A DNA stretch of 64,000 bases from Chromera velia (lineage: Eukaryota): contig JAHBMJ010000332.1 of the NCBI GenBank assembly GCA_018398765.1, positions 62,001-126,000 on the forward strand, in the 5' to 3' direction. Below, piece after piece: positions 26,673-39,007 of this stretch (the stretch's first letter is position 1; each line of letters starts with the position of its first letter). The position numbers and the translations under genes are program-made. The notes under the pieces were generated by a model. That model saw only the letters and a list, made by a program, of their open reading frames with translations. It was not told where the DNA came from and made no database searches.

Positions 26673-28105
26673 GGCAGGCAGGCAGACAGACAGGCAGACA
26701 GGCAGACAGGCAGGCAGGCAGGCAGACAAGAGAGATAGATGGATGCAGGAATTTGCAGACAGGTAAGGAGATGCAGGCAGGTAGAGAGAAGACACAGAAG
26801 CGGGCAGGTAGACGGACTGATCGAGGAATGGATGGATGGATGGATGGATCGAGGGATCGAGGGATGGGATGAGGCAGAACCTAAGTGATTCTCCAAGTGA
26901 TTGTTAGTTGTGAGACTCAACCCTGCCTCCCCACACATTGCATGATTCACTTGTGCGTTGGTGCGTGAGTGCAGAGTAATCATGTGTTTCACAGGGGGAC
27001 CGCCCACAAAGTCCGCGCGCACCGCCCGATGGTCTTGATCACCGTCACTGCTTCACTGCAGAACGTGGAGGTGAAGACCAACGACGGGTAAGTACCCAGG
27101 TCAACCAGTGAGAAAGAAGAAGTTCAATGAATGAAATCGACGTGGGCAGGAAAAATGTACTAGCGTGGGTATCAAAAGTCCAGTATGTAAAGAGCAAGGG
27201 AGTTCAGAGAAAGACGAGAACGGAGGGAGTGCATGAAAGAAAGAGGTTGGTTCCTCATTGCGTTTCCGTTTGGCGAAACAAGCCGTCGACCCCCTCGTTC
27301 AGGCAATCAGTGTGCGTAATATTGTTTTTTATGACAGAACTTCTACTGAAGAAAACATATGCACCTATTCAAAGCACGTCTGTAGGTCGGGAAGAGAGCT
27401 GTCTGCCCGAACTCAGGGCGTCGGGTCTTCTTTCGTCTGTTGCACAGTAGTGGTTTCTTTTTTGGTTCAATGCAAATCTTCGAGCTCCTTTCCTCTTGTT
27501 TAATTGCAGTAACTGGGAGCCTTCCTGGCCCGACCTGGCCCTTGAGAAGCCGACGACGAGGGGGTCGAGGAAGGGAAGAGCCCTCATCAAGACTCACATG
27601 CTCCCCTCAAGAGAGCTGCTCGCAAAGCAGCTGAGGGAGGCAGGAGGGGAGAGGGAAATTGCTGACGTCTGTGGGCTCTCGGTTGAGAGCATCTACGCGG
27701 ACCTTCCCTCCATGTGAGTGAAGTCATTCAGCAGTTTCTTCTGCATGTCTCTTTTCTTCTTTTTCCTGTTTTCTTCTTTCTCGTTTGATTGATGGTCCCT
27801 TTTGGTTCTGGTGTCGCTCTCGCTCATTTGCAATTGATCCTGCCTGGCTGGACGGTCTCCATCTGCATGAGTGCGTGGCTTGTGAAATGGGTGCAAAGGA
27901 CAAGGAAGAAATGGGTCAACGGAAGGAGAAGGAAGTTCCCTGCAGGACTGATTCTTTTTGTTTTCTTCCGCCAATTGACAGGAGAAAGGAAGGACTTTTT
28001 TTTTATTGTCCATCGATCGATCGCGCTGCGCCTCTGCTGTCCAGGTGCGAGAAAAAAAGAGTGAAGGATTGCTGCGAGAAAGGAATTGGCCTTGCTGACG
28101 AGGTG

Positions 28106-28136
<31 letters not shown>

Positions 28137-28225
28137 CCTGCCAAAAGAAGAGAAGAAAACAGAAGAGAATGAAAGTGAGGGTCTGTCTGTCTGTCTGTCT
28201 GTCTGTCTGTGTCTGCTTGTTTTTG

Positions 28226-28262
<37 letters not shown>

Positions 28263-28547
28263 GTCTGTCTCTCTGTCTCTCTGTTTGTCTGTCTGTCTGT
28301 CTGCCTGTCTGTCTGTCTCTCTCTCTGTCTGTCTGTCTGTCTGTCTGTCAGTCTTTTTGTCTGTTGTGTTCATGAAGAAAAGAAGGGAGAAGAAGAAACA
28401 TATAGTCTTGTCTGTCAGTCTATCTGTCTGTCTGTCTGTCTGTCTGTGTCTGTTTGTGTGTCTGTCTGTCTGTCTGTCTGTCTGTCTGCCTGTCTGTCCG
28501 AAAGAAAGGAAGCGTTTCGGAAAAAGTGAAGTGAAGAAAAGACGATA

Positions 28548-28583
<36 letters not shown>

Positions 28584-28632
28584 TTTGTCTATTGTGTTCA
28601 TGAAGAAAAGAAGGAAGAAGAAGAAACATATA

Positions 28633-28723
<91 letters not shown>

Positions 28724-28967
28724 CGTGACATACAGGTACGACCCCCCGGCGGGAAGAGGAGACAGAGAGGACGACCCGCATCCCCGTCAGTCTGCCAGGA
28801 GGGGATCTTCTGTGCCCTCTGCCAGTGAGCTGCGGGCCGTCTACCCCACTCGCAAGCTGGTGCTGCAGCAGGCACAGCAGGGAGTCTCGGAGGAAGAGAC
28901 GACAGGGGGACAAACCCGCGGCCAGAAGAGACGGGTGGAAGGGGACTCCTTTGCTCCTGCATTCTGA
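21272..28967 (+). CDS. Fe(II)/2-oxoglutarate dioxygenase, phytanoyl-CoA dioxygenase (PhyH)-like, with N- and C-terminal extensions
   Basis: Spliced exons give [11 protein letters not shown] (23992-24089), [25 protein letters not shown] (HxD, ~25736-25814), [21 protein letters not shown] (~26142-26218) and [16 protein letters not shown] (distal His and 2OG-binding Arg, ~26975-27088). The last exon ends FAPAF* at 28967. The start codon and one junction are uncertain. Confidence 0.75.
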
Positions 28968-30574
28968 GGGGGGGACAGGGGAAGGAAGGGATCGAGGAGC
29001 TAGAGAGACAAAAGGAAAAACAGACAGCACTTAAATCGGCAGGGACACACACACACTCACAGACACAGAGAGGGAGAGAATTCAAAGAGAAGGCAAGAGG
29101 GAAGCGACAAATCAGGAGAGGGGGGTCGGAGGGAGATCCGCTGAAAGGAGGGGAAGGAAGGCATATGATCTCTCTTCTGGATCTCTGACCACAGCCTCGA
29201 TGATCCCGAGTCTCTGTAAAGATATTTATTTCTTGCCTCCCTGTTACCATTCGCTCTGTGTCCCTTTCTGCTTCACAACGAAATTTCTGTCTGCCAGCTG
29301 ATTGACGGTCTCTGATCGTGCGTGTCTGAATCAGTCAGGCTTCTCTTCTGTCTGTCTGTAAACCTCTGGGTCATGAATCAGGATGGAAGAATTGGTGACT
29401 GAATGAACGGATTGACAGGTGGATGGGTGGATGAGTGAATGAATGAGTGAGTGAGTGAATAAACGAACACATCCTTGACTGTTCCTCAAGCTGATGGCTG
29501 CGGCCAGCGATTCCAATGCACTGAACCAATACTTGAAAACAGAAGAAAAGAAAAAAAATGGGTCGAGGCGTGCCGCATCGTACTCGACCCTTTCACTGCA
29601 CCGCACCGACGTGTACAGTCACAACAAAGGCAGACGCTCAGATGGGAGTTACGCAAGCAGATGCAAAGAAGAAGCCCTCCTCGCCATGCGTTTGTCAGAT
29701 AGATGAATGACTTTGTTCGTTGGACGACACTTTCTCTCTGTCGTCTTTGGTTTCTGTTCCCACGTGCCCTCCCTTTCTTGCTTGCTGAATGCCTATTCGC
29801 ATGCATGGAAGGATTTGGGGGAACGGATTCAAATGGAAATATTGTCGGTTGGTGCTTCTGCGCATTGCCTGCATGCGGTTTCAATGCGGTATGAACCTAG
29901 ACGCCCGGAAAACAAAGAGGGGGTATCTTTGTAGACAAAACTACAAGCCTCCGAATCCCAGCACTCTGTTACAGTGCGGGACGTGGCTCATTTGCTCCTG
30001 CACATTCGCACAAGCAAAGGTCACAACCTCTTTTCTTTTGATTCTTCTTGTAAACGTCCTCTGAATCGAAGAGCTTCAGGCATGTCCCATAGAATTTGGA
30101 CATTGCGTCACATTGTCAGCCTCACTTCAGGCGTGCAACCTACCATACAACAGCAGTCACGGTAGTACACGGTAGCTAGTACGGTAGTTAAAATGTAGGA
30201 TCGCTATAGATCGCTAATCAAATTTGAAACAGTTTTCTGTTAAGTAATTGTAAAGATTAGTATGATTGTAGTCTGAATGTAGATTAGTAATAGAGATTAG
30301 TACGCGGCTTCGGCTTTTAAGACACCCTGAAGGATCTGTGCTTGCGGCGCAGACTTTGAAGTATTTTGAAGCTTACCCACATATGCGGTAGTTGGGCATT
30401 AAGTACAGTTAGGTTCAAGAAGGTCTGTTTCAAAATTAAACAAAAGACATAAACTTTTCATATATTTTGTTGTGCTTATAGTTCCTCAAACTACTACTAG
30501 TTTTTCTCATATTTTTTACTATCTTTTCCTCCTGCTAGTTAAACATGTATAATCCAGTATTGGGGGGACGATGA

Positions 30575-33500
30575 TTGTGTAGTGATGAAGTTAAGCCTGA
30601 GGGTAAGAGAGGCAGAAAAACAGGTAAAAGACGCACCAAACCGCTCGCATCTGGCTTACAAAGAACTACTCAAGGTAAGAAGACAGTAAAAGCGCCTCTT
30701 TGCATCAAAATGAAGGAAATATCAGCAAGCTCTAGCAGCATGGCTAGTAAGAGAGGCAGTATACGAACCAGCAAAGATCTGGTAATGGTACAGGAAGTCC
30801 AAAAGCGAGGGAAATGGGGGGGTGGAACCGTCTGCTGACTCTTTCTCTCTTTTCTGGGCCCGTGTGTTTAAGGAAGACGGACTCCCCCCCGCCCCTGCTA
30901 GCCCTGTGTTCCCCCGTCCTTCTTCCCCCGCTTTTTCTCTCCATATGGTAGAGGAAACCCTGAAAGGAATAGACGTGAAGAAGGCTGCCGGTCTTGATGG
31001 AATCGCCCCTGAACATCTCGCTCTTTGCTTCAAACACTCAACCTTTTCTTGCTTTCTCCTCTTTGTCTTCTTTAATTTGTTTCATTCTTTTTCCTTTTGG
31101 CCGTGTAGATAGAACGTCCTGAGGATTGCTCCAATACCCAAGGGTCCCCCTTCTTTTGATTGCAATGAATGGAGGCCCATTCATATTGTTAGTCTTCTGA
31201 ATAAGGTTTTTGCTCTTCTTATGGACGTCCGCCTTCGTAAAGAGACGAGGATCGATGAGAGACAGTTAGGCTTCAGGAGGGGCGTGGGAATATGGGAAGC
31301 GTTTGCGTCCCTCTCTTCTCTCATTCTTCAGTCTAAACATAAAAAGGAACCCCTCATCGCAGCATTTGTAGACTTTTCCAAAGCCTTTGATACAATGCTC
31401 AGAGAGAAAATGTTCGAAAAAATGAAGGATGAAGGGGTTAGTCAGGCAGATATCCACATGATTCATTCTATGTACTGTAATGTTGCTGCAAGGGTTGATA
31501 GGGGGGGTAAGTGCTTGTCAGAGGGAGCGGGTGTGAAGCAGGATAATCCTCTTTCTCCTCTTCTTTTTCTCCTGTTTATAAACAATTTGTACAAAGCCCT
31601 CAGCTCTGAGAACCATTGCAGCAACAGCCGAGTGGTAATGAAGGAAAGAGTGCTTTGAAACCTGTCAAGCTTTCCATAACTCTAATAGAGAGTATTGGTT
31701 ATGCTGATGACCTTGTGTTGTTTGCCCACAGCGCCACAGACCTACAAGAGAGACTCCGGCACCTCGAGGTATACTCTAGGGCCTGGCACTTATATTGGGT
31801 TACAGGTTTTAACACCCCCTATACATAAGGGTATACCCCCCTGTAATGTTACCCTTACTTCAAAAGTGGTCCCAATCGATCAATCTCATCAGGTTACGTC
31901 TAAAAATATTGAAAACATCTTCTGTTGATTGAGGTTACATGAGAAACTGACAAAAAACGATGTGTCCCTTTCACTTTGTAGCCAAACCCCTTCTAACCTT
32001 GTAACCTGTAACCTAAAATAACCCTCTTCAAAAGTGATGTAACCTTCGTCTACATGCATTTTAAAGTGTTTTTGAAGTGATTTGAAGAGTTTTTGAAAGT
32101 TGACTTTTTGGTCGGTTACGGACCTCAAGACCGCCTATAACCTTGTAATCTGTAACCTTGTAAGGGGACATATATAATAAGAGGTGTAACCTCATGTAAC
32201 CACATAAGCTATACAGTAAAAGTGATTGATTTCGAAGTAACTCAACATGTCGGACCTCCAGTTTGTGTGAAAAGCTCGTCCAAATGTTTTTTGGTTCATT
32301 TTTTATATCATTTTTGCACTTGTAACCCTATATGAGCCCATGAGTGCCCCCCCCTAGGGTATACTGCAATGAACACGGACTCACGGTAAACTTAAAGAAA
32401 ACAAAGATCCTTCGTCTATCCTCTTCTGATCCTCTCATTGATCCCGCTTCCGCTTTTATTTTTAATGGAGGGCCGGTTGAGCATGTTGATAAATACAAAT
32501 ACCTCGGCAATTAGATCTTTGAGGGGGGAGATCTATCTAAAAGTGTGAAAGCAAGAATTGAATAGATAGAAAGGGCACTGGGGGGTGTGTTTGGAACTTT
32601 TTCTTCAATTGGTTTCGTTTCTTCTTTTTCTCGAATTTAGCTCTTCAAAGCTTTTTGCAATGTTTGGTCTTGAAGCCTTTTCTCTCAGGCAGTCAGATGT
32701 TCAATGCCTCGATGCATTGCAACTTCGTTTTGTTCGCTGGTCATTTGGTTTGTCCTATAACTCTTTTGTCTCGCCCTCTCTTCATTCCTTTGGTTTGGAA
32801 CCCTTTGGTTGTCTGCTTATAAAACAGGTAGCCAGCTTCTTTCAGTCTCTCAAATCTATAGAAGGCGCCTTACCCACGGCTGTATGGGAGGCGTGCATCG
32901 CTGGTTCTAGTACCCCTTTTATGTCCTCCACCAAACGTCTGGCTATGCCCCTTGACAATTCTTTCCTTCTAGCTCTCCTTCAAGACACGAATGAGCCACG
33001 CCAAGAAAAACAAAAAAAAAAGGGAAATATAAATGGAAAGAGACGTGTCACAAGATCCAGACGAACCAATGACTTAGGAAATGGGCTAGAAGGTAGGAAG
33101 GCAGTAGGAATAGAGACAGAATCTTCCATCCCTGTACTGCCCTCACTGATTTCCAAAGAGAGAACCCTTCCAGACAGAGGCTCTCCATGCTCCTCCTAGC
33201 AGAAAGGAAATGACGGTCACGTCCGTCAGACATAGGAAACGATCTGCACATATGTACACTGTCCTCTTGTCTTCTTAAATCCTCTCCGAACATTTGCTCT
33301 CTCTTGAGAGCGATCACGGGTAGTTATGTGTAGCGGGGGGAGCTAGAGAAGACCTGCTTGGCTTGCTCTGGCAGAAAAGTTTGTGATGAGATCCACTTAC
33401 TCACGGAATGTGCGAACACAGAGAGGGAAAGATAGAAGCTTGACGAAATCATCAGCAGAATAAAGGAGCGCGCACCCATTGAGAAATGGGTGGAAATTGC

Positions 33501-33783
33501 GTAATGGGTGGCTGCCTCTGCTGGTAGAGGAGTGGGGGAGAATTAATGAAAAGAAAGTCCGAGAGATGATCACACTTATTTCGTCGTTCCAGCCTCTGGC
33601 GGGCATGAGGGCGGTTGAGGAGTGTATAGCCAAATCGGAGAGAGTTCGTGTTGACATGTGTTAATGGGTCAATGCGCTAGGTCAACAAACCAATATTGCA
33701 TGTCATATCTATGGTTGGCCAAAGCCTAAGTGTTAGGCCTAAGTAGTGGCTCACCAGTTTTAACCGCCTTAATTCAATTCAAT
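30575..33783 (+). mobile_element. 5'-truncated, decayed LINE retrotransposon (RT domain plus C-terminal knuckle), interrupted by a TIR element
   Basis: RT motifs KAAGLDGIAPEHL, WRPIHIVS..KVF, QLGFRRG, FVDFSKAFD, GVKQDNPLSPLLF, GYADDLVL, VYCNEHGLTVNLKKTK and KYKYLG; C-terminal CLAC..DEIHLLTEC; (AATTC)n tail; multiple stops and frameshifts. Confidence 0.9.
31776..32357. mobile_element. 582-bp non-autonomous TIR DNA transposon (hAT-like MITE)
   Basis: Perfect 8-bp TSD GGTATACT at 31768-31775 and 32358-32365; imperfect TIR CTAGGGCCTGGCACT / CTAGGGGGGGGCACT; many subterminal GGTTAC/GTAACC motifs. Removing it restores the RT frame LEVYCNEHGLTVN. Confidence 0.85.
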
Positions 33784-34412
33784 ATAATCGTTAATAATCG
33801 TGCATCGCAGATCCTAGCACGGATCGAAGTAGATCGAGGTACGGGTAGGTACGAGTCAGACGCACATGGTTTTCTATGGTCTTCCGTTATAAATTCCGTA
33901 TGGGAGGAATGTCTTCAAATGTGTTGGGGGGACATGGTTTGGAAAAGTACTTCCGACCTAGCGCTAGGGCGCCACCCTGAAGGGTGCCACGCGGCCGCAG
34001 GGTCCGACCACCGGTCCACGCGCCGCGGCACGCGGCCTTAATTCCCGCATGGCAAAACGTCCACTTTGTAGCAGCAGCAAGTGACAGATCTCAGACTTTG
34101 AAAAGAGCAAGTAGCGAAGTGAGTGTGGATCCCACGACATGCAGTCTTCCCTCTGATATTCATGCATATCATGAAGCCTTTTGCCTCGCCTCAGTACGCG
34201 TCAGCCAGTGACCTGTGACCTTTTCATTCCGTAGAGAGTGCTGCAGAGAGTCTGCGTTCAGATCTTCCCAGTCGTCAGTTTTCGTCCTCATCTTGATCCC
34301 CAGACTGATTGATTCGCTTGCACTGGGGATCCCTTCGCCCCGACCTTTTCATTTCTGCCTCTTCTTCGAATTCTGACTGCCCACTTGTTGCGGCAGCAGA
34401 AACACAGAAAAG

Positions 34413-35692
34413 ATGAGAAGGGGGGGTAGCCGTGTTTTTCTGGGCGGGTTGATTCCCTTCCTGGTGGTGCTGTCAAACTTGCCGGGGGGGACGGGACTCT
34501 TTTTCAAATTAGCACCAAATGCAAGAGGTAAGCAGCACGTATTCTTCAAGGGTGGATTCGCTGGTTTTCTTCTTCTGGTTAAACATCCTCTCTTTGTTTT
34601 TCACCTGTGATACTTCCCCGTCTCCTCACGTGCGTGTATCGTTCGACTTGCCTGGCTGCAGAATGCTTTGGGTTTGCGGCAAACGGGCAAGAGGACATAG
34701 TTGGATCCTTTGAAGCAATAGGGGGGGAGAAGTCGGTGCGGGTGACCTTGACCAACCAACAACAAAAAGAAGACATCTATGATGACTCACGGGCATCGCA
34801 CCAATTTCGTTTCGAAAAAGGTGATCACGCATACAGACTCCGATGATAGCACGTCTGGAAGACACCTCCCCTCATTTGTCCTTGCGTTCCGCAGCACTCT
34901 TCTGCTTCCCACCTTCTTCCTTTTCTTTCGCTCCCTGCTTAACAGTTTCTGTCTCAGTTTTCTCAGCGCCGACCTACCCATCGTCCCACAACAGACGCCG
35001 GCGTCTTCACTGTCTCCCCTCCTATTCCGCACTCTCTCCCGTTTTTCGTCTCTTAGTGCCGATTCACATTGATACTCCCATTGTCCCTACTGCCCCACCT
35101 GCTTGTCATGTTTTAATTTCTTCAAACTTCGCTTTCTTGTTTCGTGCTTCGGTCCCTGCCCTTCCGTCCCAAGCTCTGTACTCGCCACATTCCCGCGCCC
35201 CCCTTTCCCCTCAAAGTTCCCTTTTTTCTCTTCCGCACTCTGCAGCTCTCTCCTTCCTCCTTAGACCTCGCGGTAACTCCAGATGCACTGCTCAAAACGC
35301 GGTATGCCTGTCTCCGTCTGTCTGGAAGCAAGGGAAAGAGAAAACATATACTCTGTCTTTCCGTCTGTCTGCATGTCTATTTGTTTGCTGCAGCTCTGTC
35401 TGGGAACTATCAGCTGTGCTTCAAGTCTCTGATCGGGTACCTGCAGACGATCTCGTTCTCCGTCAGGGTCCAGACACACGAGACGCACCCGGAGGAACTG
35501 GCAACAGAAGGTTGGCTTGGCGGGCCTCGTTCTGTCTGTCTGACTGTGTGTGTGAGCGAGAAAGAGAGAGAGAAAGATAGAAAGAAAGAAAAAAAGAAAG
35601 AAAGAGAGAAAGAAAGAAAGACAGAAAGACAGAAAGAAAGAAAAAAAGAAAGAAAGAAAGAAAGAAAAGAGACATACATATATATAGACACA

Positions 35693-35726
<34 letters not shown>

Positions 35727-35763
35727 CAGAGACAGAGAGAGAGAGAGAGAGAGGACAGAGAAA

Positions 35764-35849
<86 letters not shown>

Positions 35850-38300
35850 AACGGAAGATCAGATAGGGACGTGCTAAGGAATGTTCCCTTTCCTTCAAAG
35901 TTTCTAAGGCTTTCATTTCATTCACAGACTGATTGTGTCTCATTTGTTGAGTCAGTATTGAAGGAATTCATGGATCCCTGGGCTTTGTCTGTTCAACTGC
36001 TGGTGAGGACGATTAGGCGGCAGGATTTAGGTAACAATCTGAGTAGAGGAGGGCGGCAGGGTGTCAAGAGGGACTTTCGAGTGAACGCTCGATCCTCGTG
36101 ACCATAATTGGCCAACACTGTTTTATCCCCTTCCTTGCCTGTTTGACTCTCTGACTCTTTCGGCGGAAGCGGAGAGCCTTCTCACCCTCGCCTCTTCCTT
36201 TGCACTGAGACTCGACTTCCTACTCGTTCTCTTGTCGTGTCCTTTAAAACCGCCGTTTCCCCAATGGGTCCTCCCTCTTGCCCGAGCCAGCTGCCGCCTT
36301 TCTTTCGTCTCAGTTAATGCATTTGACTCCACTTCCTGCCTGCGTGTCCTTGTCCTTCCTTCCACGCGAAGTTGCTCAGAGGAGATCTCGCAGAGTCAGA
36401 TCAGAGATGCTCTTTACATTTCAAAAGACAGAAATAAAGAAAGAGAGGAAGAGAGACAGCTAGAGCAAGCCGGGTTGATAGATAGACCTGTAGGCAGGCA
36501 GGAAGAAAAGAACAAACAAACAAAGAAAGAGAGAAGGAAGGAAGGAAGGAAGGAAGGAATGAAAGAAAGAAAGAAAGAAAAAAAGAAGGAAAGAAAGAAG
36601 GAAAGAAGTAAACCGGTCAAACAAACGAAAAAGAAAGAGAGAGAGAGAGAGAGAGAGGAAACACAACAACAAAAAGTGCGCAGAAAGTCCACTCACAAGC
36701 TCTTCTCTTTCTCTCTCCTCGGTCTGTCTGCAGACGACTCGCACAGAGTTGCGGCCACGGTCTACAAACTTGAAGAGGTAGGTCGGCTGCCTTCCTTCCG
36801 CCCTGCTCAGATGTATCTTAGCTCAATTCAGTCTTTTCCTTCGCTACGAATGGGAGTCCTTTCTCCTTTCTGTTCGGTCCGTTCTGTTCTTTCATCCTTT
36901 CTTGATTTGTGTGTTGCATGCATGTGTGCTGCCAATTCGATTGAATCTGTCCCGTCTCATAAGGCTTCTTTTTTTAGCAACTGGAAGAAAGGACAGCGAT
37001 GAATGAGGACCGGCTCCTTTCTTTCTCTTGTTTTGTGTACGCATGCTGTCCTTCCGTCTGTCTGTGGTTCCTCCTGTCACCCCCTTTCTTTTTGCTGGTC
37101 TGTCTCGTCTGTGCATGTACATGCAGAAAATCTCCGAAATCATGTCACAACAAGAGTATGCAATCACGAGAGAACGAATTCACCGAAACAGTCAGTCAGT
37201 CAGTCAGTTAAGCAGTCAGGCAGGCAAGCAGGCAGGCAGGCAGGCACAAGATAAACTCGCTCTCTTGGTGGTGATGGGTGACAAATTCTGTTTGTTGCCT
37301 TTGAAAAAATGATGTCAGAATGAAGTTTGATTTGAAAGAAGGAAGGTGAGATGGTCCGACCCGTGCCTGCTCTCCTTTTTCCTCTTCGCCATGCAGTCTT
37401 CCCTTCTCTGGTCTCTGTTCCCCCTGCAGCTTTCTGTTCATGCACATTTGTCTCTCTTGTCCCTTACTTTCGAGTTCACACTCCTGCATAGACCTGACAC
37501 ATTTTCACCTCCATTTTTTCGTTCACTCCCTGTTCTGCTGAAGGGACAGCGATCGCTGTTTGTGCCCGTTTTCCCTAATCGTCCCGTGCACATCCGCGTG
37601 CATTCGTCTGTGTAGTTGTCCTCCTGTAGATAGAAGGATCCTGCCATGTCTCGAGAGTTCTTGCCGTTCCCTTCCGTCAGAAGATGAGCAGGAAGAAATC
37701 TGTGTGTCTCTATCCACCCCATCCTCTGTTGTCCCTTCTTTTTCTCTGAATTTTCTCTTTTTGGTGTCCCCCCGGGTGCACTAACGAGTGCAGCGACCGA
37801 GTCGACAAATGCGCGTGTGTTGTGGTGGACCATCGTGGAGGTGCGTTTCGTTTTGCGGGAGGGAGGCTGGAGGTTGTGTTGTCTAGCAGGGTGGGAGAGT
37901 GAACGGACTGATCCCCAAAAGTGGCCTGCAGGGGTCTTTCTCTGGATGGATGAATCTGTTAGAGGGGATGGTTGAGTTCGTGGTGCCCTCAGACATCTTG
38001 CGTGTTGCGAACCAGAAGGAGGTGTGAGTCTGTCGCCGTGTATTGTATGTGCGTTTGCATGTGCATGTGGGCGTGAGACAGAGAGAGAGAGAGAGAAAGA
38101 GAGAAAGAGAGGAAGAGAGAGAGAGAGAGAGAGAGAGAGAAGAAAGAAAGAAAGAAAGAAAGAGACAGAGAGAGGCGGGCGTAAGTACGTGTACGTGTGC
38201 GTGCGTGTGTCTGTGTGTGCAGATGGCGGTCTTGGTCGTGTTATCTGCATTCCAAATCTACTACATTCGGAGTTTCTTCGAAATCAAGACAATCGTATAG
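34413..38300 (+). CDS. p24/emp24/gp25L (TMED) family GOLD-domain cargo receptor, 7 exons
   Basis: Exons ~34413-34527, 34662-34820, 35394-35510, 36734-36777, 37127-37190, 37794-37840 and 38223-38300 join in phase: signal peptide, ECF..GNYQLCF (GOLD cysteines), QQEYAITRERIHRNTTESTNARVLWW, TM helix and cytosolic tail RSFFEIKTIV*. Confidence 0.93.
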
Positions 38301-38822
38301 TGGCAGAAAAGCGCCGATCAAGCGGGTGGAAGCAGGCTTGAACAGGTGTTTCGATCGTTGCTCCCGTCAATTTGTCTGTCTTCTCATTTGCTGTGGATCG
38401 ATGCATAGATGTTCGTCGCTTTCCTTGCATATATTATGTTAGACTCATTTTGTCATTTCCTCGTGTGGCAAGAGGAAAGACAGTTAAGATTGATTGCTTA
38501 CTTCAACTTGAATAATTTACTTGATTTAAGGTCTTAGTTGAGCGTAAGCTACAAAATTGGGTTGAATTCTTCGGAAATTTCAAATTTAGTGCATCGATTA
38601 AATTGAATTACTTAAATTTTTACTTGTAAACTTAACTAGAAACTTAATTTACCAAGGAATTTGGTGAAATTAAAAAGATTTAAAGGCAGTAATTGGAATT
38701 TACAGTAAAATCTATACGTGCAATTGATTGATTGATTAATTGATAAATTCTAGGATAGGTTTCGCACTAGGCCTTCCCGCTATGTCAATCTGTTGTCACT
38801 GAACTTGTCAGAGCTAATATTG

Positions 38823-39007
38823 ATACTAAATTTTATATAAAATTTTTTAGGACTGCATGTAGGACTGTGTCCGAGTTATTCAGGATATAATGCTTTAATA
38901 GGATAGGATAGGATCAATTATTATAACCCTAGCATTAACCCTAGGTGTTATGCAGAGAATAATGCCATATATGGTGACTATATCTACCGAGACCTAGATA
39001 TCGATAT
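38823..39007 (+). repeat. ~185-bp direct repeat, copy 1 (left flank of LINE fragment)
   Basis: Aligns end to end with 40008-40196 (ATACTAAATTTTATAT...GAGACCTAGATATYGATAT). Confidence 0.9.

Noticed and set aside
27693..29250. Long ORFs such as 27693-29030, 28420-29250, 40449-41408 and 43275-44114
   Set aside because: They are translations of (GACA)n, (CA)n, (GA)n and (GAAG)n tracts, which lack stop codons, and most lie in introns or antisense to real exons.
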